A stretch of DNA of 32,000 nt from Hyperthermus butylicus DSM 5456 (GCF_000015145.1 NC_008818.1:1635164-1667163); one strand, 5' to 3'. Shown: positions 18,128-30,316, counted from the stretch's first letter. The notes: generated by a model not told the origin, from the letters alone. Program-made: numbers and translations.

Positions 18128-18572
18128 ACACTACCATGACTGCAGATGCTAGCCACCAGGCATTAAATCTAAGCCCCTCTACAGGCTCCAACGATATGCA
18201 AGTTGGACATTTCCTTTGCGAGAGAAACACCTCAACAGACACGCATTCTTCACAGTGATTAGTGGGCATTTCAATTCTAGATATACTAGTGCCAGGCCAT
18301 CTTCCCTCGCCCAACAACCTCTTCATAATGCCTGTAACTGTTCTCTCATCCATTCTAAACCCTTTAACTCTAGATCCGCTAGCTCGTAATCTATACCAGA
18401 GACACCTTGAGCCGATAGGGACTCCAAATACTACGTCTGCACATGCATAGCGACGGATGTTATTGGATAGGAGTAGGGAGGCAGCAACAACAAGCCCTGC
18501 AACTAGCGGCGAATCTTTTCCGCAGCCAGCATTATAACATATCGTTACCTTACACTCCTCCAAGCCTAGCAA
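18108..18572 (-). CDS. Cys-rich hypothetical protein; possibly a divergent, shortened TrmY-like SPOUT protein
   Basis: 154-aa ORF that overlaps srp54 by 23 nt and pus10 by 20 nt on the same strand. It has 10 Cys including CEEC-x11-CPTC. The segments LLLSNNIRRY, MDERTVTGIMKRLL and ISLEP loosely recall TrmY (DUF358), a known Pus10 neighbour. Confidence 0.4.
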   Translation of the reverse strand: MLGLEECKVTICYNAGCGKDSPLVAGLVVAASLLLSNNIRRYACADVVFGVPIGSRCLWYRLRASGSRVKGFRMDERTVTGIMKRLLGEGRWPGTSISRIEMPTNHCEECVSVEVFLSQRKCPTCISLEPVEGLRFNAWWLASAVMVVYDDWCT

Positions 18573-19893
18573 ACCTCTCTAACAAATCTTTCCTCTTCTT
18601 GAGCTGTCTCATCATCTTCTTGACTGACTTGTAGTAGTTGTATAGCTCTCTAACCTCGCTAGGCTCGACGCCAGCACCAACTGCTATCCTCTTGACTCTA
18701 CTCCTTTCCTCTAATAGGTTGGGGTTATCAAGCTCTTCATAGGTCATAGAGTTCATTATTGTGAGCCACTTCTTGACCTTCTCCTCGCTAAGCCTTGCAG
18801 CTTCGTCAAGGCTCTCAAGCATAGTCGATATACCGGGTATCATTTGTAGTATTTTCCGGAATGGACCAAGCTTAGTAACTTGCTGCAACTGCTTATAGAT
18901 TGTTCTAAACGTTATCTTACCGGACATCATCTCGGCAACGGTCTTCTCAAATTCTTCAACACCCCTAAGTCTCTCAATCTTCTCTAGTAGTGACTCTAGA
19001 TCACCCATGCCAAGAAGTCTCGCTACAAACCTCTTGGGTCTAAACACCTCGATCTCATCAATGTCCTCGCCTGTACCGATGAATTTTATCCGAGCACCCG
19101 TAGCCGCTACAGCTGACAGCGCACCGCCACCCTTTGCTGTACCATCCATCTTTGTCACTATGATGCTACCTACGGGTGTGGCTTCATGGAATCTCTTAGC
19201 CAAGTCGTAGCTCTTCTGTCCCATGGCAGCGTCAATAACAAGTACGACCTCATCGGGCTTAATTGCTTCTGCAATACGCTTCATCTCATCTAACAGAGCT
19301 TCCTCCTCGCCGTAGCCGTGGCGGCCAGCAGTATCGACGATTACTATGTCTGCGCCACGCTGCTTGAGCTCCTCAACCCCCCTTCGGGCGATGCCAACTG
19401 GATCCTTAGAGCCGGGCTCACCGTAGAACATTGCACCAGCCCTATCGGCCAGCTGTTTAAGTTGCTCGTAGGCGCCGGGACGGTAGGTATCTGCAGCAAC
19501 AACACCTACACGGTAGCCCATGCCACGATAGAACTTTGCTAGCTTGCCGACAGTTGTGGTCTTACCGCTACCCTGCACACCAACCATCATGATTACATAG
19601 GGTGTATAGGGCGGCTTAACCTCTGGCTCATACTCGCCGCCAAATAGTTTCACAAGCTCATCATAGGTGAGCTTAACTAGCCATTCCCTCCTACTAAGGC
19701 CGGGCGGGGGCTGCTCCTTCAGAGCCCGCTCGCGAATACGCTTGGTGAGGTTGAAGACGAGCCTCACATTGACATCAGCTGAGATGAGGGCCCTCTGAAG
19801 GTCACGGATGAATTCATTTACAATGTTCTCGTAGGGCCCACTACGCTTTAACAGTTTGCTGACAGCCCTGCGGATATCGTCAAGCCCAGGCAT
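18550..19893 (-). CDS. srp54: Signal recognition particle protein SRP54
   Basis: 447 aa with an N domain, a G domain (GVQGSGKTTT, DTAGR, TKMDG) and a Met-rich M domain. Confidence 0.95.
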   Translation of the reverse strand: MPGLDDIRRAVSKLLKRSGPYENIVNEFIRDLQRALISADVNVRLVFNLTKRIRERALKEQPPPGLSRREWLVKLTYDELVKLFGGEYEPEVKPPYTPYVIMMVGVQGSGKTTTVGKLAKFYRGMGYRVGVVAADTYRPGAYEQLKQLADRAGAMFYGEPGSKDPVGIARRGVEELKQRGADIVIVDTAGRHGYGEEEALLDEMKRIAEAIKPDEVVLVIDAAMGQKSYDLAKRFHEATPVGSIIVTKMDGTAKGGGALSAVAATGARIKFIGTGEDIDEIEVFRPKRFVARLLGMGDLESLLEKIERLRGVEEFEKTVAEMMSGKITFRTIYKQLQQVTKLGPFRKILQMIPGISTMLESLDEAARLSEEKVKKWLTIMNSMTYEELDNPNLLEERSRVKRIAVGAGVEPSEVRELYNYYKSVKKMMRQLKKRKDLLERFARLGGV

Positions 19894-20026
19894 TTACAGC
19901 CCCATAAGACACTGGGAAACATGGAACTAGCCCTAATAACGCCAGTGGACCAGGCTACACAAGAATAGCGAATAACACAAGAATAAGTATGGACTAACAC
20001 ATGCAATAGGAAATTATAAATCTAGC

Positions 20027-20045
20027 TAAAACAACAAAAATATTG
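20027..20045 (-). terminator. Oligo-T termination signal downstream of aIF5A
   Basis: The minus strand reads CAATATTTTTGTTGTTTTA, starting about 21 nt after the aIF5A stop. Archaeal RNAP terminates at T-tracts. Confidence 0.45.
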
Positions 20046-20065
20046 AAGAAGCCTCCAAACCATGG

Positions 20066-20476
20066 TTAGCTCTTTGGCGCGCCTCTGACTCGAGTAATCA
20101 TATAGCGGCCCATAACTACCCAGTATTCAACCTCAACGCCCGGCTGAAGCTTCGACTTGAGATCCTCGTCCTTGGGCTTCTCAACCTCGAAGGTCTCATA
20201 GGTCTCCATATCCATTATCTGAACCATATCACCCATATCAGCTATAACCTGGCCAATCCTCTTATCGATAATCGGCACCTCAACACGTGCATCAACTGGC
20301 GCAGTCAACGTTTTCTTGTTCCCCGAGAAGAGGCAAACCGCCACCACGTGGGCCTTAGCACTACCATGCTTACCAGTCTTAGCCTTACTCATCTCCACGA
20401 TACGACAAGGCTCACCATCGATCACAATGTAGCTGCCAACCTTTAGTTCGCCCAGAGTCGCATACGTCACACTCAC
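20066..20476 (-). CDS. eif5a: Translation initiation factor aIF5A
   Basis: The sequence [41 protein letters not shown] contains the hypusine-loop TGKHG. The track start (GTG 20506) lies too close to the palindromic TATA-like CTTATAAG at 20516-20523. I prefer the internal GTG at 20476 (MSVTYATLG...), but the start is uncertain. Confidence 0.88.
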   Translation of the reverse strand: MSVTYATLGELKVGSYIVIDGEPCRIVEMSKAKTGKHGSAKAHVVAVCLFSGNKKTLTAPVDARVEVPIIDKRIGQVIADMGDMVQIMDMETYETFEVEKPKDEDLKSKLQPGVEVEYWVVMGRYMITRVRGAPKS

Positions 20477-20599
20477 AGCGCCCACCCAGTCCACGCCGCA
20501 GACCACAAAACCCTACTTATAAGTTAGGCCCAAGCACCCCATAAATAAAGACACAAAACTATTAAACCCCGCCCTGCAAAGGTAACGAGACAACATGGT

Positions 20600-20677
20600 G
20601 CCGCGGTAGTATAGCCTGGCCCAGTATGCGGGCCTGTCAAGCCCGTGACCCGGGTTCAAATCCCGGCCGCGGCGCCA
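20600..20677 (+). tRNA. tRNA-Asp (anticodon GTC), no intron, CCA encoded
   Basis: Hand-folded cloverleaf. The acceptor stem is GCCGCGG/CCGCGGC. The anticodon stem is CGGGC/GCCCG with loop CTGTCAA. The T arm is CCGGG-TTCAAAT-CCCGG. The discriminator is G, followed by CCA. Confidence 0.85.
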
Positions 20678-20982
20678 ATCTCCTCCTCTCCACTACATGG
20701 CATGAACAGAATACCATTACCCAACATCTACTCGGGGGTCTGAAATATCGGAAACTATGCTCCCATCTAATCCGCTTCCACCACCGTTGACAAGAGAGTG
20801 TGGAAAGGAGTAGACGTATCTAGAATATCCATGATAGAGAGTTGGAAGCTGTGCTTCTTCCATCCCGTATAACGCTTCACTTCCATCACATTTATTTTAA
20901 GTAGGTTAAGCTTACTAACTGCCATGGGGCGGTGGACCAGACTTAGGGTTTAAAGCACGCTATTCTCGCTGTTACGATTGTC

Positions 20983-21717
20983 GTGCTCCTATCGGCCTCA
21001 GTTCCTGCCATAGCGTCAAATCCAAGCAGCCATGTCTATGGGCCTAGGGTATTACATGGAGAAGTTCAGGGCGAGGGGTTTACCTTCAATTATACGCTTA
21101 TAGCTGAGCCTCTCGTGGAGGGCCAGAATACACTGATACTACTGCTATACTCTTTCGCCTCTAGCCCTGAGGTTTCATCAGCCTCTCTATGGTCTCATAG
21201 GCTCATAGAGTCCTCCAGTGTTGCTTACCACCCTGAGAGAATATCCAGGAGCCTCAGCACACCCATGGACCATGGCGCCATCATAGTTAACGTTACAGCC
21301 ACTAACGCCAGGCCCGGAGAGATGGTGAACCTAACACTCAGTCTTGTGCTCAAGGTAGACTATGCCGGGGGAGAACGCTACCGCAGTAACTTAAGCTTGC
21401 CGCTCGAGTTATGGGTTCTCTCTGTCGAGGGCGGGATCCCGAAGGCCCTATCATATGGCGTGGCGTCATCGCTCATTGTGGTGGCCACGTCTCCGATACT
21501 GGCATTCCTCTACATTAGGGGTAGTAGGAGGGCAATATTCCTCATACTAGCTCTCGTAGCTGTTATCGTCCTCGCTTCGCTAAAGCCCGTGATCTACGGG
21601 TTTAGGAGTAGTAGCTGCACCAGTGACGGCTTTGTGCTTAGGTATTTGTGGACGAGCCCAGAGGGTGTCACGGGGGTCTTCTACGTATGGAGTGATGGAA
21701 GAGGACTATGTTCCTAA
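20983..21717 (+). CDS. Hypothetical secreted/membrane-anchored protein
   Basis: 244-aa ORF with a GTG start. It has a hydrophobic N-terminus (LLSASVPAIA), several N-x-S/T sequons (NYT, NVT, NLT, NLS) and two C-terminal TM-like segments. No family is recognised. Confidence 0.45.
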   Translation: MLLSASVPAIASNPSSHVYGPRVLHGEVQGEGFTFNYTLIAEPLVEGQNTLILLLYSFASSPEVSSASLWSHRLIESSSVAYHPERISRSLSTPMDHGAIIVNVTATNARPGEMVNLTLSLVLKVDYAGGERYRSNLSLPLELWVLSVEGGIPKALSYGVASSLIVVATSPILAFLYIRGSRRAIFLILALVAVIVLASLKPVIYGFRSSSCTSDGFVLRYLWTSPEGVTGVFYVWSDGRGLCS

Positions 21718-21816
21718 ACCTCACTTATGGTACTGGAGGTTTACAGGAGGGTAGTGGCTGTCCCGCCCCTATCTGCTTGACAGGAGGCACTGAACTCCCT
21801 GGAGGTTCAGCTAGGG

Positions 21817-22098
21817 ATGGAAGCTACTACTACCATAACGCGCTTAGAAAAAGCGATAATCTATAGCGTCAAGGAAAGAGAAGCCATATACGACTCTTGT
21901 GGCCACCTCTTCAGACTCTGTAGGAGAGTAGATAGCAAGGCATGGTTCTACATACTCAATGCTAGCCTGGGCTATGACCCACCCATGGAGCCAAGGTATT
22001 ATGCCAAGCTCCTCCTAATCCCGCCCACCGTTTCAGCTATGCTCCCCCTGTTGGTCCTGTATAGGAGTGTTAGAGGGAAGACATGCCCGTCGACATAG
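21817..22098 (+). CDS. Hypothetical protein
   Basis: 93-aa ORF with a GGAGGT motif ~15 nt upstream. It overlaps the following ABC-like ORF by 16 nt, which looks like an operon arrangement. No recognisable domain. Confidence 0.35.
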   Translation: MEATTTITRLEKAIIYSVKEREAIYDSCGHLFRLCRRVDSKAWFYILNASLGYDPPMEPRYYAKLLLIPPTVSAMLPLLVLYRSVRGKTCPST

Positions 22099-22475
22099 TA
22101 GTTGAGGGCCTACATAAGTATTACGGGAGAATTCACGCTGTTAGGGGAGCTTCATTCACAGTGCCCAGAGGCTCTGTCTTCGGGCTACTTGGACCTAACG
22201 GAGCTGGGATGGGCGTCGTAGGCTACTACATAGCCTTAGGCGCCACAGCCGGGATAGTCCAGAGCGTAGTCGGAGGCAGAACAGGAGAGCTCATAGCAGA
22301 GCTCCTAGGGTACGCCGACTTCTCGTACCATGTTAGGGTAGTACTCCACAAATGGATCTACGGCAGCCTAGAAGCATTATCCGAGAGAATTCTAGCGCCA
22401 AGCTACCCACATCTCACTCTCAATGCTCGTGGGGATCCCACTCCTACTCTACACGATATCGCTATTACATCCTAG
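22083..22475 (+). pseudogene. Remnant of an ABC-transporter ATPase, truncated inside Walker A and fused to unrelated sequence
   Basis: The first ~42 aa (VEGLHKYYGRIHAVRGASFTVPRGSVFGLLGPNGAG) form a canonical ABC ATPase N-terminus. After GPNGAG the Walker-A Lys is replaced and no Q-loop, signature or Walker B motif follows. The remainder is hydrophobic and unrelated. Confidence 0.65.
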
Positions 22476-22706
22476 AAACATGGACCTAACATGAACAACG
22501 AACAAGAATAATGAATTATACCAAGGCGGTAACCCACAAGCCCATTTGCCAGAGGCCAACACGCCACTATACAACAACATTATCGTTACTGAGTATATTG
22601 TTGTTGCTGTTTTATTGATATAATGAGATATAGCTATAGCACTTAATACGCTAGAATAGCTACCATTAATGTGGGGTTAGGATTTAGAACTCGGCTGTAT
22701 CGGTAG

Positions 22707-23138
22707 CTAGAATATCACCTTAAACATACGCTGGCTACGCTTTATCTCCATCCTAATTCTTCCGACAAGGGCTCTTTTATTGGCTACAACGGCTATGAGT
22801 TTTCCATCAGCTATCTCGGTTATGACTACTGAGCCGGTAGTGTACTCTATGGATAGCATATTTAGCTCTCCAAGTCTAAGCGTTTTCGATAGTTCTAGTG
22901 CTGTATTGTAGAGCTTGGCGATTACTTCAGCTATAACATTAATATTTATATTTACTGTGCCATTCTTAACTATGAAGTCCACAACCTTGCCATCGCTTTG
23001 CAGTACTATTGCTGCATTCACGCCGTTTATTGCCGTGATGTTTGAAAGCAATGCTTTTACTGGCGTTGTCGACAAATTCCCACACTCCGGCTTCGTTGAG
23101 TTGTTAGAGTATAGAGCCTTATTTATAACATTAATCAC
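22707..23138 (-). CDS. Roadblock/LC7 (MglB-like) domain protein
   Basis: 143 aa with a GTG start. INGVNAAIVLQSDGKVV ... LRLGELNMLSIEYTTGSVVITEIADGKLIAVVANKRALVGRIRMEI matches the Roadblock/LC7 pattern. The gene is far more AT-rich than its surroundings. Confidence 0.6.
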   Translation of the reverse strand: MINVINKALYSNNSTKPECGNLSTTPVKALLSNITAINGVNAAIVLQSDGKVVDFIVKNGTVNININVIAEVIAKLYNTALELSKTLRLGELNMLSIEYTTGSVVITEIADGKLIAVVANKRALVGRIRMEIKRSQRMFKVIF

Positions 23139-23255
23139 TAGTAGTGCTGCTAACTATTCAGTCATCAGTACAACCGTTTATCCCACACGGTTGTAGAGTA
23201 ACTAATGGCTGTGAATAGGACGTTTCCCCGCTAAGCAATTACCTTGCTAAAAATG

Positions 23256-24023
23256 TTAGCCCTTACTCATAGCTTGTACAAGCATGTATAAGCCCATGGC
23301 AATATGGTAGGCAACAGCTATGCCTTGCAACGTTTTAACTCTAAGCTTGACAAGTATTCTTGACCCGATACTCGCTCCTGTATATGTACCGGCAAGGAGG
23401 GGTAGCGCTAGGAGAAAGTCTACCCTGCCGGCTATAAAGTGACCTATAACTCCTACCGCTGCTGTGATTCCGACCATGAGCTTGCTTGTTGCAACAGCGT
23501 GTTTGAGCCCAAGGCCGAGAATGAAGACTAGAACGGGGACCTTGAACACACCTCCACCTATGCCAAGAGTCGCCGATGCAAATCCAGCCATTAGCGCTAC
23601 AATCCACGAGGCTATAAGCCTAACAATGCTACGCCTATAGGCCTCAATGGTTGAGCTGAGCTTCCTTCTTGTTGTGAGGAGGAGAAACCCTGAAACTATC
23701 AACACTATGCCGAGGAGACCGCGGAGAAACCCTTCGGTAAGCCTGCCAACAGCTATAACGCCAACTAGGGCTCCAAGCCCCGATGCTGTCTCGAGGAAAA
23801 CAGCCAACATGACGTCAACAAGGCCTCGGCGGAACAGCCTACGGATACCACCCAGGCTCGTCCCAAGGATTGCCACGAGGCTAGCAGGTGCAGCAACTTT
23901 TACCGGGACGCCGAGAAGAACCAGGGCAGGCACCATTATGGCGCCGCCGCCTATACCTAGCAGTGTACCAACAAACCCCGCCACAACACCTACAAGAGGC
24001 ACCGCCAGAACTGCTACATCCAA
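23256..24023 (-). CDS. TauE/SafE-family (DUF81) anion exporter permease
   Basis: 255 aa with ~8 TM helices and duplicated GIGGG motifs (LLGIGGGAIMVP, TLGIGGGVFKVP). Confidence 0.8.
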   Translation of the reverse strand: MDVAVLAVPLVGVVAGFVGTLLGIGGGAIMVPALVLLGVPVKVAAPASLVAILGTSLGGIRRLFRRGLVDVMLAVFLETASGLGALVGVIAVGRLTEGFLRGLLGIVLIVSGFLLLTTRRKLSSTIEAYRRSIVRLIASWIVALMAGFASATLGIGGGVFKVPVLVFILGLGLKHAVATSKLMVGITAAVGVIGHFIAGRVDFLLALPLLAGTYTGASIGSRILVKLRVKTLQGIAVAYHIAMGLYMLVQAMSKG

Positions 24024-24117
24024 AGCCCAAGCTTCACCGTAAACAGCTGCTCTAGCGGGAGAAATTTACGCATACCGAGCCCCGGGAAGACATACACATG
24101 GCTGAGGGCGGCACGCA

Positions 24118-24927
24118 TTGCAAACACTCACCATAGCCCTACTACAGTTTGGCGCTACACACTCGAAAGAAGAGAGCCTCGAGAGGATAAGAAAGCTCAT
24201 TTCGCGCTACGAGAGAATAGTCTCCGAGGCGGATCTCCTACTAGTCCCCGAGTACTCCATGGCAGACCCTACAGGCCAGCCACCCGAGGCGATAGCAGCT
24301 ATAGCAGAGCCCCTCGAAGGGCCCTGGATAGGCTTCTTTGCCAGGCTCGCGAGAGAGTACAGCGTCCACGTGGTTGCAACACTCTACGAGAAAAGCAAGG
24401 CCGGAGGAAAACCATACAATACCGCGGCGCTGATCGCGCCTACTGGCGAGCTCCTAGCAGTATACCGTAAGATACACCTCTTTGACGCCTATGGCTACCG
24501 AGAGTCGGACTATTTTATGCCAGGCGCAGAACCAGCAAAACTGGCAACCATCAAGGGATTTCGCATAGCTCTAGCGGTATGCTTCGACCTACGCTTCCCA
24601 GAGCTATTCAGGACATATGCCCTGCAGGGAGCGGAGCTAGTAGCAGTCCCAGCAGCATGGTACCGGGGCCCCGCAAAGGAGGACCAGCTCCGAATAATCG
24701 CTGCGGCAAGGGCGCACGAAAACACAATGTACATAGCGGTAGCCTCACAGTACAATAGCAACTTTACAGGTAGAAGCCTGGTAGCAGACCCCTACGGCCT
24801 CGTACTCCTCGATGCAGGCCGTGGAGAGAAGATAGTCCAGATAGAGGTAGATAGGGAATCCCTTGAGGAGGCGCGCAGACAACTCCCACTACTCAAGCTA
24901 CGCAGGCCACACGCATACAAGCTCTAA
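24118..24927 (+). CDS. Carbon-nitrogen hydrolase (nitrilase superfamily)
   Basis: 269 aa with a TTG start. The catalytic triad context is Glu in LLLVPEY, Lys in YRKIHLFD and Cys in ALAVCFDLRFPE. Its stop overlaps the stop of the convergent MazG-like gene (shared CTAA at 24924-24927). Confidence 0.85.
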   Translation: MQTLTIALLQFGATHSKEESLERIRKLISRYERIVSEADLLLVPEYSMADPTGQPPEAIAAIAEPLEGPWIGFFARLAREYSVHVVATLYEKSKAGGKPYNTAALIAPTGELLAVYRKIHLFDAYGYRESDYFMPGAEPAKLATIKGFRIALAVCFDLRFPELFRTYALQGAELVAVPAAWYRGPAKEDQLRIIAAARAHENTMYIAVASQYNSNFTGRSLVADPYGLVLLDAGRGEKIVQIEVDRESLEEARRQLPLLKLRRPHAYKL

Positions 24928-25325
24928 CAGCTATCACGGTCAGGCCACACGACAACATATCCACCGGAAAAACCTCCACGAACCCGCCTCTTCTCCTCAG
25001 CAGACCGTAGAACATACTCCAACCCATGACCCTTCAACCTAAGCCATTCGAGAAGAGCCTCAACAAGGTCAACAGCCTCGCCAACATCCCCTGACTCAGC
25101 AAGCTCGATAGCCTCCTCAACAATCTTAACTCTCAACAACGCCTCAAGCTGCTCGCCAGAAACCCTATAGACGAGAACACCCTCACGCCCAGAAAGCTCC
25201 TCACCAATGCGATCCCGTACAAGCTTCCAGCAAACCACCACACAACACCAGCCAAGCAAGAGAAGACAACAGAGCCACGGAAAGGAGCGAACACTCAACC
25301 ACAGAACATGTACACAGCGCGCCAT
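24924..25325 (-). CDS. MazG-like all-alpha NTP pyrophosphohydrolase (start uncertain)
   Basis: The conserved part begins at WKLVRDRIGEEL and continues EEAIELAES...EAVDLVEALLEWL...EEKRRVRGGF. Possible starts are GTG 25241 or 25238 (just before the domain), ATG 25325 and GTG 25343. The longer forms add a Cys/Leu-rich hydrophobic stretch. Confidence 0.6.
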   Translation of the reverse strand: MARCVHVLWLSVRSFPWLCCLLLLGWCCVVVCWKLVRDRIGEELSGREGVLVYRVSGEQLEALLRVKIVEEAIELAESGDVGEAVDLVEALLEWLRLKGHGLEYVLRSAEEKRRVRGGFSGGYVVVWPDRDSC

Positions 25326-25346
25326 AGGAGTAACTATCAACACTCA

Positions 25347-25367
25347 GACGGGGGCCCAGGCCCCGCC
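25347..25367. repeat. Right-hand (3'-trailer) arm of a perfect 21-bp inverted repeat bracketing the rRNA operon
   Basis: gacgggggcccaggccccgcc is the exact reverse complement of 30296-30316. Confidence 0.9.
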
Positions 25368-25457
25368 ACAACGCCCCAGGGTCCTAGGCCCCGGGCCCTG
25401 GACCCCTGGCGGGCCACGCAGCCCTATGACCAGCGTGGCCCGCCCCCGGGCGAGAAG

Positions 25458-28568
<3,111 letters not shown>

Positions 28569-28700
28569 GCCCAGGGGCGGGGTCCAGGGCCCGGTCTGGC
28601 CGACCCTGGGGCGTGGCCACCCACCGGGCCCGCTAGGGCCCCGGGCGCCGGTGCAGCGGTGAACCGGGGTAGGCCCGGGCGCGGGCCCTCCTGCAGCCAC
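28569..28700 (-). other. 16S-23S internal transcribed spacer, no tRNA
   Basis: About 130 nt, very GC-rich. It consists almost entirely of the 3' strand of the 16S processing stem (28620-28698) and the 5' strand of the 23S processing stem (28571-28611). No cloverleaf is possible. Confidence 0.8.
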
Positions 28701-30207
<1,507 letters not shown>

Positions 30208-30295
30208 CACGGCCGCAAGGCGGGCCCGTAGAACCGGGCCACCCCGGTGCCGCCCGCTGCTCCCGGCGCCCGGGTCTGCCCCGGGCCCGGTGGGC

Positions 30296-30316
30296 GGCGG
30301 GGCCTGGGCCCCCGTC
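30296..30316. repeat. Left-hand (5'-leader) arm of the perfect 21-bp inverted repeat bracketing the rRNA operon
   Basis: ggcggggcctgggcccccgtc is the exact reverse complement of 25347-25367. Confidence 0.9.

Noticed and set aside
20767-20925. 52-aa minus-strand ORF (MAVSKLNLLKINVMEVKRYTGWKKHSFQLSIMDILDTSTPFHTLLSTVVEAD) in the tRNA-Asp downstream spacer.
   Set aside because: It is short, has no recognisable motif, no obvious promoter or SD, and lies in an eroded intergenic region. It cannot be supported from sequence alone.
22571-22709. Two hairpins in the convergent spacer: caacaaca-N19-tgttgttg at 22572-22606 followed by a T-rich run, and tagctacc-N37-ggtagcta at 22657-22709.
   Set aside because: The stems are short (8 bp) in AT-rich DNA where such matches arise easily. 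At most they are terminator-like. Archaeal termination depends mainly on T-tracts.
23139-23168. A C/D-box sRNA suggested by CUGAUGACUGA (C-box-like UGAUGA plus D-box CUGA) on the minus strand. I also scanned other intergenic spacers (9666-9753, 16312-16406, 20678-20982) for C/D pairs.
   Set aside because: The C-like and D-like boxes are directly adjacent, with no guide region, no C'/D' pair and no terminal stem. The other spacers gave only isolated partial boxes.
20678-23255. An integrated element with att repeats derived from tRNA-Asp.
   Set aside because: No repeat of the tRNA 3' half and no integrase-like ORF or fragment is detectable by eye. It is kept only as a low-confidence hypothesis in the findings.
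25340-25457. A 5S rRNA gene in the GC-rich trailer downstream of 23S.
   Set aside because: The stretch is explained by the outer helix arm, the 3' strand of the 23S processing stem and a local hairpin (gggccacgc-N13-gcgtggccc, 25411-25441). I see no 5S-like helix I / loop E arrangement.
28611-28618. Pairing of gcgtggcc (28611-28618) with ggccacgc (25412-25419) as part of the 23S processing stem.
   Set aside because: This pairing is topologically inconsistent with the collinear 23S stem (25374-25409/28571-28611). The 25411-25441 segment forms its own perfect 9-bp hairpin instead.
28569-28700. A spacer tRNA (tRNA-Ala) between 16S and 23S, as found in Euryarchaeota and Bacteria.
   Set aside because: The spacer is only ~130 nt and fully consumed by processing-stem strands. 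It has no T-loop (GTTCRANYC) or cloverleaf.
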